From positions 1 to 40,917 of the forward strand of contig JBGKDM010000256.1 in the NCBI GenBank assembly GCA_042954165.1: a DNA stretch of 40,917 bases, given 5' to 3'. The notes beneath the pieces were generated by a model that saw nothing but the letters and a program-made list of their open reading frames with translations, was not told where the DNA came from and did not search any database. The position numbers and the translations under genes were made by a program. The DNA comes from Synechococcus sp. Lineage in GTDB: Bacteria > Cyanobacteriota > Cyanobacteriia > PCC-6307 > Cyanobiaceae. Shown here piece after piece: positions 27,535 to 38,334 of this stretch (its first letter is position 1; every line of letters begins with the position of its first letter).

Positions 27535-28419
27535 TCAGCCCAACCGACGTTGCAGTTGGCGGATGGCCTCGACGCTTTGCCGTTGATACCCTCCGCCGAA
27601 CAGATTGGCGTGGTTGAGCAGGTGGTACAGGTTGTAGATCGCAATCCGCTCGGAGGCTCCCGGATCGAGGGGCCATTCCTGCATGTAGGCGTCATAGAAC
27701 GACCTCGAGAATCCCCCGAACAGGTGGGTCATGGCGAGATCAACTTCCCGGTCAGCCCACCAGCACGCAGGGTCCAGGATCACGCCGCGGCCATCCGCTG
27801 ACACACCGGCATTCCCCCCCCACAGATCGCCGTGAACCAGTGAGGGGCAAGGATGATGCTGATCGAGCAGCGCGCTGAGGGCCTCCAGCCAGGCGGTGTC
27901 GGCATCCCCTTGGAAACCCCAGCCCCGGGCCAGACGCAACTGGGGGCGTAACCGGAGATCGACGAACGCCTCCCCCCAACCATGCCGCCAGCCGGCGGGC
28001 TGCGGACCCAGGCCGATGAAGCCGTCAGTGTCCCAGCCGAACCCCCCTTGCCCCCTGGCTGCGGACTCGCGATGCAACCGCGCCAGACCGCGCCCGAGGG
28101 ACGCCTGATTGCTGCCGACCAGGTCCAGCCAGGGAAGCAGCAACAGCGCAGAGTCACTGGCTGTCGGGAGCAGTTCCAGGGGTTCAGGCACAACCAGATC
28201 GGCTGGATCAGCCATGGCATGCAGAGCGGCCAAGCCCCGCTGTTCGGCCTGAAGCATGTCGGCTTTGCCCTGTTTGGCAAACAGATGCCGACCATCACTG
28301 AGGGTCAGCTTCCAGGCCTGCTGACTGCAACCTCCGCCCAGTGCCTGACAGCTGGCCAGATGGGTGCCCTGCAGAAGGACCCCGGCGCCATCAAGAGCGG
28401 ATCGAAGAGCGTCCAGCAT
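27535..28419 (-). CDS. Fructosamine/ketosamine kinase family protein
   Basis: LGGGCSQ, LFAK, AEQRGL, FGW, LVHGDLWGGN, DPA, DREVDLAM and YNLYHLLNH. Start at ATG 28419 (28449 alternative). Confidence 0.92.
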   Translation of the reverse strand: MLDALRSALDGAGVLLQGTHLASCQALGGGCSQQAWKLTLSDGRHLFAKQGKADMLQAEQRGLAALHAMADPADLVVPEPLELLPTASDSALLLLPWLDLVGSNQASLGRGLARLHRESAARGQGGFGWDTDGFIGLGPQPAGWRHGWGEAFVDLRLRPQLRLARGWGFQGDADTAWLEALSALLDQHHPCPSLVHGDLWGGNAGVSADGRGVILDPACWWADREVDLAMTHLFGGFSRSFYDAYMQEWPLDPGASERIAIYNLYHLLNHANLFGGGYQRQSVEAIRQLQRRLG

Positions 28420-28455
28420 CCACAAGTCCGAAGCCTGCGCTGCCAGCATGCCCGG

Positions 28456-29976
28456 ATGAAGGCTGATCGGGACGTCATTGTGATCGGCGGAGGCATCGCC
28501 GGTCTCACCGCCGGTGCACTGCTGGCCAGAGAAGGCCTTGCCGTCACCCTGCTGGAGGCCCATCACCAGCTGGGAGGTTGCGCCGGCACCTTTCGACGCG
28601 GTCCCTACACCTTCGACGTTGGTGCAACCCAGGTCGCCGGTTTCGAGCCGGGGGGAAGCCATGCCCGCATCTTCCGGCATCTGGACCTCCCCCTCCCCGA
28701 TGCGCAACAGCTGGATCCCGGCTGCGTTGTGGACCTGGCTGATGGCAGCGCCCCGATTCCGATCTGGCATGACCCGGAACGCTGGCAACGGGAACGACGG
28801 CTGCAGTTCCCAGGCAGCGAACGGTTCTGGGCTCTCTGTGCCTGGCTGCATCGCAGCAACTGGGCCTTTGCCGACCAACACCCAGTGCTTCCTGTCAGGA
28901 CAGGCTGGGACCTGCAACGGACCTTGCAGGCCGTTGGCCTCGGCACCCTGGCCACCGCCCCATTCGCCTTGCTGAGCGTCAGCGACCTGCTCCAGCTTTG
29001 TGGCTGCGCAGACAACACGCGATTGCGGCGGTTTCTGGATCTGCAGCTGCGCCTGTATTCCCAGGAGCCAACGGAACGCACCGCCGCGCTCTACGGGGCA
29101 ACGGTGCTTCAGATGGTGCAGGCTCCGCTGGGGCTCTGGCACCTCGAGGGATCCATGCAGGTCCTCAGCGATCTGCTCGGCAGGGCGATGACGCGCGACG
29201 GAGGCAGGTTGGAACTCCGCCAGAGAGTGACGCGGCTGGAGCCCTGCCGCGACGGTGGCTGGACAGTCACATCCGAAGCAGCGGGTGGCAGGAGTGTGTC
29301 CTGGCAGACCCAGGACGTGATCTGCAGCCTGCCTCCCCAGTGCCTCCCCAAGCTGATGCCCGCTACAGCCCATCAACGCAGTCGTCTTCCGGATGGGTAC
29401 CGGCGTCGCATCCGCGACCTTGAGGCACCCAGCGGCGCCCTGGTGCTCTACGGCGCAGTGGACCGTCGCCATCTGCCATTGGATTGCCCTGCCCATCTGC
29501 AGCGGGACGGTGACGATCCCGGGTCTCTGTTCGTCTCAATCAGCCGCGATGGAGACGGTCGTGCCCCGCGCGGCCAGGCCACCGTGATCGCCAGCGTGTT
29601 CACCGACCCCAGCCAATGGGCGGATCTCCCTGAGCCGGAACACCAGACGCGCAAAACAGCCACCCTGGCTGCCATGCGCCGCACACTGGACGCGTGGCTC
29701 GGGCTCCCCGACGAGGCCTGGCTGCACCTCGAACTGTCGACCCCGAGAGCGTTTGCCCACTGGACAGGTCGCCCCCAGGGAATTGTCGGCGGCCTGGGTC
29801 AGCATCCAACGCGTTTCGGCCCCTTTGGTTTGTCCAGTCGCACCCCGCTGCCGGGCCTGTGGCTGTGTGGAGACTCCATCTACCCCGGGGAGGGCACGGC
29901 TGGTGTCAGCCTCTCGGCCCTGATGGCCTGTCAGCAGCTGATGGCGATGCGAGGAACGACCCTCAGGGTTGCCTGA
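28456..29976 (+). CDS. crtD: FAD-dependent carotenoid desaturase, cyanobacterial CrtD-like
   Basis: VIGGGIAGL, GGCAGTFRR, FDVGATQVAG, LWHLEGSMQ and GDSIYPGEGTAGV. Start at ATG 28456. Confidence 0.85.
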   Translation: MKADRDVIVIGGGIAGLTAGALLAREGLAVTLLEAHHQLGGCAGTFRRGPYTFDVGATQVAGFEPGGSHARIFRHLDLPLPDAQQLDPGCVVDLADGSAPIPIWHDPERWQRERRLQFPGSERFWALCAWLHRSNWAFADQHPVLPVRTGWDLQRTLQAVGLGTLATAPFALLSVSDLLQLCGCADNTRLRRFLDLQLRLYSQEPTERTAALYGATVLQMVQAPLGLWHLEGSMQVLSDLLGRAMTRDGGRLELRQRVTRLEPCRDGGWTVTSEAAGGRSVSWQTQDVICSLPPQCLPKLMPATAHQRSRLPDGYRRRIRDLEAPSGALVLYGAVDRRHLPLDCPAHLQRDGDDPGSLFVSISRDGDGRAPRGQATVIASVFTDPSQWADLPEPEHQTRKTATLAAMRRTLDAWLGLPDEAWLHLELSTPRAFAHWTGRPQGIVGGLGQHPTRFGPFGLSSRTPLPGLWLCGDSIYPGEGTAGVSLSALMACQQLMAMRGTTLRVA

Positions 29977-30021
29977 GGCGTGCGTGAGGCCAAAGCATGT
30001 AGTGGAGCCCCTCGGCTCCTG

Positions 30022-30924
30022 TCAGAGGAAGTCAGGGCGCAGTGACCGGGTATGGCCCAGGACCCGTTCCAGCTGGTCCCAGTTGGACTCAAGAATCGCT
30101 TCCTCCAATTGCTCGAGGCTCCAGCGATACGCGGCCAGGCCACGCAGCACGGCCGCGGTGTTGTGCGCCGCCATGGCCGTGCCCAGTGCCGGATTCCCCC
30201 CACCGACACGGGTGGTGTCTGCAAAGCCGCTGGAGGCTAGGGCGCGGGCCAGCGCCAGGACGGACGGATCCCTCTCCGACCCCACGGCATCCAGCAACGC
30301 CGCGCTCACCAGCACCGGAACATGGGAGATCAATGCCACTGCCTGGTCATGGCGCTGCGCGTCCGCAACCAGCCAATGGCTCCCCAAGGCCCTGGCCACC
30401 GCCTCCACACAGGCCAGAGCAGCCGGTTCGGTCTCCGCCTCTGGCGTGGCAACCCAGGGACGCCCCTGAAACAGATGGCGGACGCCGGCCTCAACGCCGG
30501 CCTGGGCCGTTCCGGCCATGGGATGGCTGGCCACAAAACGTGGGTGAAGCGATCGCCAGCGCGTCAGCACCTCACCCTTCACCGAGCCGACATCGGTGAC
30601 GACCGCATCAGGGGGGAGAGCCTCCACCAGTGCCGGATCCGGATTGAGGAGTTGCTTGAGAGGAAGGGCTAGCACGACAAGGTCACATCCCTGGAGAATC
30701 CCGGGGTCGGTGCTGACGGACTGCACCAAGCCGCGCTCAAGGGCTCGATCAGCCGTGATCGTCCGGTGCGCCACACCGCGAACCTCACAGCCCAGAGCCT
30801 GAAGATCCAGCCCGAGCGAACCACCGATCAGGCCGAGGCCCGCCAGACCCACCGTGACAGGCAATGGCACATCACCGACGTCATCACGCCGTATCCCCAT
30901 CCCCGTCTGTGCAAGTGCCCTCAT
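30022..30924 (-). CDS. tyrA: Prephenate/arogenate dehydrogenase
   Basis: GLGLIGGS, TDVGSVK, SHPMAG, HDQAVALISHVP and GFADTTRVGG. The start may lie further downstream. Confidence 0.94.
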   Translation of the reverse strand: MRALAQTGMGIRRDDVGDVPLPVTVGLAGLGLIGGSLGLDLQALGCEVRGVAHRTITADRALERGLVQSVSTDPGILQGCDLVVLALPLKQLLNPDPALVEALPPDAVVTDVGSVKGEVLTRWRSLHPRFVASHPMAGTAQAGVEAGVRHLFQGRPWVATPEAETEPAALACVEAVARALGSHWLVADAQRHDQAVALISHVPVLVSAALLDAVGSERDPSVLALARALASSGFADTTRVGGGNPALGTAMAAHNTAAVLRGLAAYRWSLEQLEEAILESNWDQLERVLGHTRSLRPDFL

Positions 30925-30982
30925 GTTGATCGACCGTCAGCCATGAACCAACCCACGCGGGGGATGCCCTTAGGCTCAGCCG

Positions 30983-32431
30983 ATGCTGGAAGCGACCGCC
31001 CATCAGCAGCTCAAGAACCTGCTGCAGCGGGATCATTCCACCTGGCCGCACCATCTCACCTTCAGCCGCCTGGTGGCCCGCGGGCTGAGACGGCGCGATC
31101 GCGCACTCCTGCAACTGGAACCTGGGAGCCAGGAGCATTGGTGGCTGGGACTGCTGGTGCCGCTCTGCCTGCAGAGCAGGCACGTGGTCCTCGTGATCGA
31201 GGAGCCCCTGCAGAGACGGCTGCTCAAATGTGAGCGTGAGCGATTAAAGGAGGCGGGACTGTCTCTCGCCTGCTGGACAGAGTCAACACCTCCGGCAGGT
31301 GATCAACTCTGGGTCCTCACGACAGAGGGAGTGCTGCGTGCTCACCAGCAGGGACTGCTGACCCCTGATCATCACCTGGTGATTCCGGAGGCGGAGCGGT
31401 TCGGCCAGCAACTGCGCCAATGTCTATCTCTCCAGGTGGGACCAAGAGAATGGGAACAACTGCGCCTCGCGCATCCCTGCGCCGATGCCGGCCTGTTGGA
31501 CTTGCACCAGCGCCTGAGCACGCGCCTGTTCGCACAAGCCACGTGCAGCGATGCCCACGTTCGACTCGACGGCAGTGAGCTCGTGGCGCTGCGTGACCTA
31601 CTCCGACTCCTTGGCCCCCTGCCGCAACCATGGGACGACGTCGTCGCTGCTGACCCCGACCACTGGGTCAGCTGGGCCGCCCTCGACCATCGCCTCCTTC
31701 AGTGGGACTGGCACCTGGACGTGCTCGAACCGATTCAGCCGCTGGGGGCGCTGTTGGGTGGCCAGCCGGCTCTGCTGATCAGCACAGACGGAGCCTCCGA
31801 CCACCTGCCGCAGGAACTCACGGCTGCTGGCATTGCGTTGGACGTGCAGGTGCACCTGCGCGAGCCATCGATGCTCGAACCACTCCCGCTCTTCGCCCCC
31901 AGGCGACAGCCCCTCCCCAACACCGAAGTGTTTGCCGAGCATCTTCTTGATCAGTCGCGACGCCTGATTCTGGGAAGGACGGGCGTCACGGTGCTGCTTC
32001 TCAACGACAGCAGCATGCGCCAGAAACTCACCAGCGAACTGGCCGGCGAGTTCGGCAGTCGCGTGCTGCATGAGAGCACCGGGCCAGACAGCAACGGCGT
32101 GATCTGCTGCAGCTGGTCCTGGTGGCTCGCGCATCAGGACCGACTCCCCCTTCCCGAGCAGCTGATCATCGCGATGCTGCCACTGGCCAGCCTCGAGACA
32201 CCGCTGACGGCAGCAAGGGTGGACGCTCTCAAACGCCAGGGGCGCGACTGGTTCCGCGATCTTTTACTACCGGAAGCCCTCAGCCAGCTGGCTCCTGCTG
32301 TCGCCCCCCTTCGACGCAGCGGCGGTCGCCTCGCCATCCTGGACGGACGGGTTCGGGCCCGGAGCTGGGGCGAACACGTCCTGTCAGCCCTGCAGCCCTG
32401 GACACCACTGCAACGCCTTCTCCCCCAGTAA
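30983..32431 (+). CDS. Degenerate DinG/Rad3-like helicase-domain protein
   Basis: N-terminal WPHHLTFSRLVAR and DinG-like C-terminus DWFR...LLP...LAILDGRVRARSWG. No Walker A/B visible. Confidence 0.75.
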   Translation: MLEATAHQQLKNLLQRDHSTWPHHLTFSRLVARGLRRRDRALLQLEPGSQEHWWLGLLVPLCLQSRHVVLVIEEPLQRRLLKCERERLKEAGLSLACWTESTPPAGDQLWVLTTEGVLRAHQQGLLTPDHHLVIPEAERFGQQLRQCLSLQVGPREWEQLRLAHPCADAGLLDLHQRLSTRLFAQATCSDAHVRLDGSELVALRDLLRLLGPLPQPWDDVVAADPDHWVSWAALDHRLLQWDWHLDVLEPIQPLGALLGGQPALLISTDGASDHLPQELTAAGIALDVQVHLREPSMLEPLPLFAPRRQPLPNTEVFAEHLLDQSRRLILGRTGVTVLLLNDSSMRQKLTSELAGEFGSRVLHESTGPDSNGVICCSWSWWLAHQDRLPLPEQLIIAMLPLASLETPLTAARVDALKRQGRDWFRDLLLPEALSQLAPAVAPLRRSGGRLAILDGRVRARSWGEHVLSALQPWTPLQRLLPQ

Positions 32432-32470
32432 ACCGACCTAAGGTGATCGGCCGATCGACGACAGTTCCGC

Positions 32471-32710
32471 ATGGGAGAAGCACGCCGCCGCGCCAGCCAG
32501 GGCCTTCCCCCACGGCAGCCCAAACCTGCCAGCGGTTCCGCGGAACGCGTGGTGAGCTGGCTGCCACTCACTAAACAGCAGACGAATCAGTTCATGGCCG
32601 TCACCACGAGAGGGGCCTGGATCGGGATTGGGGGGCTGGTGGTGTTCTGGGTGGTCATCCGATTCATCGGGCCCGCCGCAGGCTGGTGGACGCTTGCGGA
32701 CATGCCCTGA
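32471..32710 (+). CDS. DUF2839-like small membrane protein
   Basis: MGEARRR...WLPLT...TTRGAWIGIG...RFIGPAAGWW pattern. Confidence 0.8.
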   Translation: MGEARRRASQGLPPRQPKPASGSAERVVSWLPLTKQQTNQFMAVTTRGAWIGIGGLVVFWVVIRFIGPAAGWWTLADMP

Positions 32711-32837
32711 CCATCGGCCAGGATCGAGCCTGAGATGACGCTGAGACAAGCTGCAACCGCTCCATCAGCAGTCACACACCAAGATCACAAATCCTAAAGA
32801 AAAGATTTAAGATTCTTGGGACTCTCGGTCTGCTCCC

Positions 32838-33221
32838 ATGTTTCAGCGCCTGGCCCAGCAATACCGAGCCGTTGTCCACGACCTGGTGATGAGCCTGCAA
32901 GCCCTGGCCAGCAGCCTCAAAAAGCGAGGGCTCACAGCCACTTGCTACGTGTGCGATGACGGCAGAGAAGGCCATGGTGCGTCGTTTGTCGCCGACCTGG
33001 GAGATCAGCACATGGTGCGATTCCTGGTGTCCGACTTCGGCATCAGCTGGGTGGAATCACGCAATGGACGCGAGCTCGTGAAGCTCGAAGGAGCTGAGGC
33101 GATTCAGGAACTGCAGCGCATGTCTCAGTACCTCCAGGACCTGAACCCTGTGGCAGCCGACGACCAGCAGCTTGATGGGTCTGAGACTCGGATCAGCGAG
33201 AGCGCCGCTCTGCCTCGCTGA
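32838..33221 (+). CDS. DUF1815-like protein
   Basis: MFQRLAQQYR...ATCYVC...ASF...RFLVSDFGISW...GAEAIQEL pattern. Confidence 0.8.
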   Translation: MFQRLAQQYRAVVHDLVMSLQALASSLKKRGLTATCYVCDDGREGHGASFVADLGDQHMVRFLVSDFGISWVESRNGRELVKLEGAEAIQELQRMSQYLQDLNPVAADDQQLDGSETRISESAALPR

Positions 33222-33259
33222 TCCGACCTGGTTGGCATTCAGCCCATGCGGCAAAGCCC

Positions 33260-34432
33260 TCAGGCTGCCGCCGACGGCATCTTGCCCTCCGCCGCTTTTT
33301 GCGAGTCAGCTCCTGCCGACTCCTTGGCCGCACTGCTCCCCTTACTGGCAGCGCTGCGAGCTGCAGCAGCGAGTGGTCGCATCGAATTGGACGTCACCTC
33401 CGAGCCCTCGGTGAGCTTCTGACGCACCAGAGCCTCAATCGCCTCCTTGGCCTCGGAATTCTGCTCAAGCCAGCCAATCGTGTTGTCCCGGCCCTGACCG
33501 ATGTTGTCACCCTCGTAGCTGTACCAGGCCCCTTTACGGATCACCACCCCGGTTTCCTCGGCGAGATCGAGCAGACACCCGAGGGTGCTGATGCCACGGC
33601 CGAACAGGATGTCGAATTCAGCGATCCGGAATGGAGGAGCAACCTTGTTCTTGGCCACCTTCACCTTGGCCCGGATCCCGTACTCCTCCGTACCACGCTT
33701 GAGAGTCTGGATCCGGCGGATGTCGAGACGCACTGAGGCGTAGAACTTCAAGGCGTTACCACCGGTGGTGGTTTCGGGGTTGCCATAGGTCACACCGATC
33801 TTGAGGCGCAACTGGTTCAGGAAAATCACCGTGCAGCCGGATTTTCCGATGTTGCCGGTGATCTTGCGCATCGCCTGACTCATCAGACGGGCCTGACTGC
33901 CCACCGCAAGATCGCCCATCTCCCCTTCGATTTCCGCGCGGGGCGTGAGCGCCGCAACGGAGTCAACCACCACGATGTCAACCGCCGCGGAGCGAACGAG
34001 CTGATCAACAATCTCCAGCGCCATCTCGCCGGTGTCGGGCTGAGACACCAGAAGGTTCTCGATGTCGACGCCAAGGGACGCGGCATAGACAGGATCAAGG
34101 GCATGCTCGGCATCGACGAACGCCGCTACACCGCCGCGGCGCTGGACCTCGGCAATGGCATGCAGCGTGAGCGTGGTTTTACCGGAGCTCTCAGGCCCGT
34201 AGACCTCAACGACACGACCTTTGGGGTAACCACCCCCAAGGGCCAGATCCAGGGTCAGGGCTCCGGTTGAAATCGTCTCAACCCGCATCCGCGACGCATC
34301 GCCGAGACGCATGATTGAGCCCTTGCCGAAATTGCGCTCGATCTGACCGAGCACGAGATTGAGAGCCTTGTCGCGCTCGCCGGGGCGAGGGGCACTTCCG
34401 GAGGACTGGGCAGATTTCACGTCAACTGGCAT
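33260..34432 (-). CDS. recA: Recombinase A
   Basis: [37 protein letters not shown] and KNKVAPP. Confidence 0.99.
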   Translation of the reverse strand: MPVDVKSAQSSGSAPRPGERDKALNLVLGQIERNFGKGSIMRLGDASRMRVETISTGALTLDLALGGGYPKGRVVEVYGPESSGKTTLTLHAIAEVQRRGGVAAFVDAEHALDPVYAASLGVDIENLLVSQPDTGEMALEIVDQLVRSAAVDIVVVDSVAALTPRAEIEGEMGDLAVGSQARLMSQAMRKITGNIGKSGCTVIFLNQLRLKIGVTYGNPETTTGGNALKFYASVRLDIRRIQTLKRGTEEYGIRAKVKVAKNKVAPPFRIAEFDILFGRGISTLGCLLDLAEETGVVIRKGAWYSYEGDNIGQGRDNTIGWLEQNSEAKEAIEALVRQKLTEGSEVTSNSMRPLAAAARSAASKGSSAAKESAGADSQKAAEGKMPSAAA

Positions 34433-34562
34433 GGCAGTAAAAGTTAGAGGGCGGACAGTGGGTTCAGGTTGCCGACCAGGACGGAGCAGAAAGCGCTGCT
34501 TCGGAACCGGCAGTCACTGAACAGAGGTTTCAGTGCCCAGGACACGGCCACGCGTCCCATGT

Positions 34563-34576
34563 AGTACAGATGTACG
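34563..34576. promoter_or_regulatory. Cyanobacterial LexA (SOS) box upstream of recA
   Basis: AGTACAGATGTACG fully matches the RGTACNNNDGTWCB consensus, about 130 nt upstream of the recA ATG. Confidence 0.88.
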
Positions 34577-34584
34577 TTAACGAA

Positions 34585-35364
34585 TCAGGGCCAGTCCGCC
34601 AAGGGGGAGGCAAAGCGCGCGTCATCCAGCAGGGCAATCCCCTCCGGGAGCCCACGGTGATCCCCAGGGCGCAGATACCCCCAGGAGGCCAGGTAACACC
34701 GCAGCGCTTCGAGCCCCGGCGTGCCCCTGACGGCCTCAAGGGTTGGACGACGATCCTCAACGAAGCCAGCCAGACAGTGCTCAGCCCCAAGGCGGCGAAG
34801 CACGTCGGTCTTGGGGCCGGCCTCATGCCCGAACAACAGGGATGGAATCAGCTCCAGTCCATCCAGAATCTCAGCCGTGAAGTCACGACCCTTGGTCGTC
34901 AGCACAGCCCAGTCAGCCCCCTCACTCTGCAGCCTGGACAACCGTTCAGGCACCCCGGGAAAGGGTCGATGGCGGGCCAACCAGGCCGCACGATCCCGCT
35001 GAACCGCTTCACGACGGACGGCCTCAAGGACGGCCTGGAGCTGGGGAGCGGACCAGCCCCGGCGCCGAAGCTCGGTTTCGCAACGCGCCTGGTAGTCGGC
35101 AACGAAGTCTTCCAGGTCCTGCTCAAGCAGCGGTTTCGCCGGATCGCGCAGAAGCGCGGCGATCAGAACCATTTCCCATCCGTGGTGAATCCAGGGACGC
35201 AACCGCCGGAACATTGCCGGAACCTGTAGTCCCCCTTCACCAGAGGGGGCGGACTGTTGCATCAGCCTTGAACTGGCGACGCTGGCGCTCCACCAGTACT
35301 CCTCCATGCCATCGACGATGACGCCGTCAAAGTCGAAGACAAGCAGTGGTCGTCGTTGCGACAA
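34585..35364 (-). CDS. HAD-superfamily hydrolase
   Basis: Motif I FDFDGVIVD, motif II LTTK, conserved Lys in GPK, FVEDR and ASWGY. TTG start. Confidence 0.9.
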   Translation of the reverse strand: MSQRRPLLVFDFDGVIVDGMEEYWWSASVASSRLMQQSAPSGEGGLQVPAMFRRLRPWIHHGWEMVLIAALLRDPAKPLLEQDLEDFVADYQARCETELRRRGWSAPQLQAVLEAVRREAVQRDRAAWLARHRPFPGVPERLSRLQSEGADWAVLTTKGRDFTAEILDGLELIPSLLFGHEAGPKTDVLRRLGAEHCLAGFVEDRRPTLEAVRGTPGLEALRCYLASWGYLRPGDHRGLPEGIALLDDARFASPLADWP

Positions 35365-35379
35365 TGGGGGAGTTCAGAA

Positions 35380-35451
35380 CTGGGCCGCTAGGATTCGAAC
35401 CTAGGAATGGCGGGACCAAAACCCGCTGCCTTACCACTTGGCGACGGCCCA
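35380..35451 (-). tRNA. tRNA-Gln (TTG)
   Basis: Minus strand TGGGCCGTCGCCAAGTGGTAAGGCAGCGGGTTTTGGTCCCGCCATTCCTAGGTTCGAATCCTAGCGGCCCAG; anticodon TTG. Confidence 0.97.
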
Positions 35452-35555
35452 ACGCGCTCAATCGGCCTGCCCGAGGGACTGCTGATTGGTGCCTGAATAG
35501 TTACCCACAATGGAGTGACCTTCGTCAATCCATGGCCCGGATCTTGTGAAAGGCA

Positions 35556-37238
35556 TCAGGGGGGAAACACCCGCAGGCGCCTCTGATCCGCCTGACCGAA
35601 GACGTCGCTGCGAAGGCGATAACGACCGACGAGATCCGCCTGCATGCGTCGCACGTCCTCCGTGCGCGGCAGCAACTCAACAGGTCGCCCATGGGGAACG
35701 ACGACCTGCTCGACCGCAAGGCGGCACTCCTCCAATGCGGCGAAGGCGTCCGAACGATCAACGACCTCAGACGAGGAGGTCTCGTCCTGTCGACGTTCGA
35801 GGAGGCGCTCCAGCGCCCGCTCCACCTGGCCCAGGGTGTCGGTCTTGATCACCAGGATGGGGACCCTGGCCTCCTTGGCCTGACGACGCAGGCCTGGCTC
35901 GCGCCCGAGCCCCTGTCGGGCGCTGAGGAGGACATCGGCATCATCGAGCGACTCAACAACACGGACCGGCCAGTCGTGACGTCGCGCGGCCTCCTCGACA
36001 AGCTGGGGGGAAAGACCGCAGCACAGAATCTGCAGGCCTTGAAAGGGTGCGGACTGCTGATCGTCATCGGCATCGGCATCGGTCCGATCGGACGCGGATG
36101 GAACAGGAGATGACGCCTGAGGGTCCGGCAAGGACACCGAAGCCAGCATGGGCAGAAGGTCCTGGACTGCCGGGGCACCGAGTGACGCCGGGGCCTGAGG
36201 CGGCCGGGGCCGGCGTGCTCCAGCCGCCTCAGGCTCGGCATCGACCAGACGCACCTGACCATCGGCGCCCAGTTCACGCAGCTGTGCGCGCGGCTGATGC
36301 CCACGGAGCAGCAGATCCACAGTGGCACCGACGTCGGGATGCACGGCCCAGCGATGACGCTGGTGCATCTCAACCGCCAAAGGGAACGTGGGTTCTGCAG
36401 CGCGCTCCAGCACCGTCTTCTGACTGCGCCGTCGCCTGGCCTCATCGTCACCGAGGGTGACCGACTCGATCCCGCCAACCAGATCGCAGAGCGTTGGGTT
36501 CTTGATCAGGTTGGCTAGGGCGTTGCCATGGGCTGTCGCGACCAGCATCACGCCCCGTTCAGCGATCGTGCGCGCCGCCTGGGCCTCAAGCTCAGTGCCG
36601 ATCTCATCGATCACGATCACCTCAGGCATGTGGTTCTCCACCGCCTCGATCATCACCTGATGCTGCAGTTCGGGTCGGGCCACCTGCATGCGCCGCGCAC
36701 GCCCGATCGCAGGATGGGGGATATCGCCATCCCCGGCGATCTCATTGCTGGTGTCGATGACCACCACGCGCTTACCCAGCTCATCGGCCAGCACGCGCGC
36801 GATCTCACGCAGAGCCGTTGTCTTGCCAACGCCGGGGCGCCCCATCAACAGAAGCGAGTCCCCACGGTCAAGGAGATCACGCACGATCGCCACGGTTCCG
36901 AAGACCGCACGACCGACGCGACAGGTGAGGCCCACCACCTCGGCCCGCCGGTTCCGGATGGCACTGATGCGATGCAGGGTCCGCTCGATTCCGGCACGGT
37001 TATCGGCACCGAACTGACCCAGGCGCTCCACCATGGCCTGCAGCTGCTCGCGGCTGACGATCGTCTCGCCGAGCGACACCGATCGCCCCGGGTATCGAGC
37101 CTCAGGCAGCCGCCCAAGGTCGAGCACCACTTCCAGGAGCTGATGCCTGCTTTCATCTGTCGTCAGAGCTTGCTGCACGACTCCTGGGAGCAGCATCAGC
37201 AGTCGGTCGAGATCATCGGTGATGCGCTCTGTGGTCAT
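35556..37238 (-). CDS. ycf45: Ycf45/SpoIIIAA-like AAA ATPase with C-terminal R3H-like domain
   Basis: [51 protein letters not shown] and C-terminal VELLPR...RRMQ. Start at ATG 37238. Confidence 0.88.
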   Translation of the reverse strand: MTTERITDDLDRLLMLLPGVVQQALTTDESRHQLLEVVLDLGRLPEARYPGRSVSLGETIVSREQLQAMVERLGQFGADNRAGIERTLHRISAIRNRRAEVVGLTCRVGRAVFGTVAIVRDLLDRGDSLLLMGRPGVGKTTALREIARVLADELGKRVVVIDTSNEIAGDGDIPHPAIGRARRMQVARPELQHQVMIEAVENHMPEVIVIDEIGTELEAQAARTIAERGVMLVATAHGNALANLIKNPTLCDLVGGIESVTLGDDEARRRRSQKTVLERAAEPTFPLAVEMHQRHRWAVHPDVGATVDLLLRGHQPRAQLRELGADGQVRLVDAEPEAAGARRPRPPQAPASLGAPAVQDLLPMLASVSLPDPQASSPVPSASDRTDADADDDQQSAPFQGLQILCCGLSPQLVEEAARRHDWPVRVVESLDDADVLLSARQGLGREPGLRRQAKEARVPILVIKTDTLGQVERALERLLERRQDETSSSEVVDRSDAFAALEECRLAVEQVVVPHGRPVELLPRTEDVRRMQADLVGRYRLRSDVFGQADQRRLRVFPP

Positions 37239-37273
37239 CGCCCCTTCGGCAGCCCGCAATCTCTGACCGCCTT

Positions 37274-38323
37274 TTAGCAGGGATGGGAGGGTGCCTGGGT
37301 CCGCGCCCAGGGATGCACAAGGGCCCGGGCCTGCGCGAGAGCCGCAGTCCAGCCTTCTGGCCATGCCGTCAACGTCTGCCCCCGTTCCATCGCGCCCTGC
37401 AACCAGGGCTGCACCAGCGCCCTCGCCTGACCTCCGAAGGCGATCCCTGCCGGGCCAACCTCCGGCGACAGATCCAGTGTCTGAAGAACCGACCGCGTGC
37501 CGGCATTGGTGCCACCCGCCAGCTGCAGTGGACCGGGAGGAGCAAGGGGACGCAACTGCTGCCAGAGGTGGACAGCGGCACGGGCCGTTCCCCGGCCGAC
37601 ATCACCACTCATCGGCCGACCGTCGAGCTGCCAGAGAGGGCGAAGCCGATGGCGACGAAGCACGGCGTGACGCTGCCACAGCTCCCGCGCCAGGGCATCC
37701 GACGAAAGGGCGTGACCTTCCATCCCGCAACTCACAGACAGACGCTGGAGCGGGATCGACGCCTGCATCAGCGATGCAATGGTGTCGGCAAACTCCTGCG
37801 CCCGGCCCGGTGAGGTGTGGACCTCGACAGCATCGGGTCTCAGGTCCCGCAGCAGGGACGCCAGGGAATCACGGGTCTGCAGGTGATCAGATGCCTGAAT
37901 CAGGTTGAGAGGACAGGCCGGCAGGCAGCGGCCACACCCGTAACAGCGGGAGAGATCAACTCCCACCGCGTCGGGGTGTGACGGAATGGCGTCGGCCGGA
38001 CAGACCCGCTCGCAGGGACGGGCGCAATCCGGTGGGCAGCACCTGGGGTCGAACTGTGCCTTTCGAAAATGAGCATCACGGCCATCACTGATGCTCACCA
38101 TCAGCCAGACCGCTGGAGCTCCGCGCGCCGCCGCCCATGACAGGCCCAGGCGGGCAGCACGGACAACCGCGGGATCGGCAGCCACATCAACGCAATGGAC
38201 CCCAGCGCAGGCGTAGAGAGCGCAGAGATCGGAGATGGACGGCAGGTCCTGATTGCTGGCGCCGCAGATGAGCTTCACCCAGGAGCCACCCCTGAGTGCG
38301 AGCTCGGCACGCCCGGTGACCAT
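37274..38323 (-). CDS. ldpA: Light-dependent period protein LdpA (4Fe-4S, clock input)
   Basis: [51 protein letters not shown] and QLAGGTN. Confidence 0.92.
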   Translation of the reverse strand: MVTGRAELALRGGSWVKLICGASNQDLPSISDLCALYACAGVHCVDVAADPAVVRAARLGLSWAAARGAPAVWLMVSISDGRDAHFRKAQFDPRCCPPDCARPCERVCPADAIPSHPDAVGVDLSRCYGCGRCLPACPLNLIQASDHLQTRDSLASLLRDLRPDAVEVHTSPGRAQEFADTIASLMQASIPLQRLSVSCGMEGHALSSDALARELWQRHAVLRRHRLRPLWQLDGRPMSGDVGRGTARAAVHLWQQLRPLAPPGPLQLAGGTNAGTRSVLQTLDLSPEVGPAGIAFGGQARALVQPWLQGAMERGQTLTAWPEGWTAALAQARALVHPWARTQAPSHPC

Positions 38324-38334
38324 CGGAAACCCGA

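Noticed and set aside
27535-29976. Mutually overlapping 653-aa (-) and 664-aa (+) ORFs
   Set aside because: Each extension is the stop-free antisense frame of the other gene, which is common at high GC. Family motifs begin only at 28419 (-) and 28456 (+).
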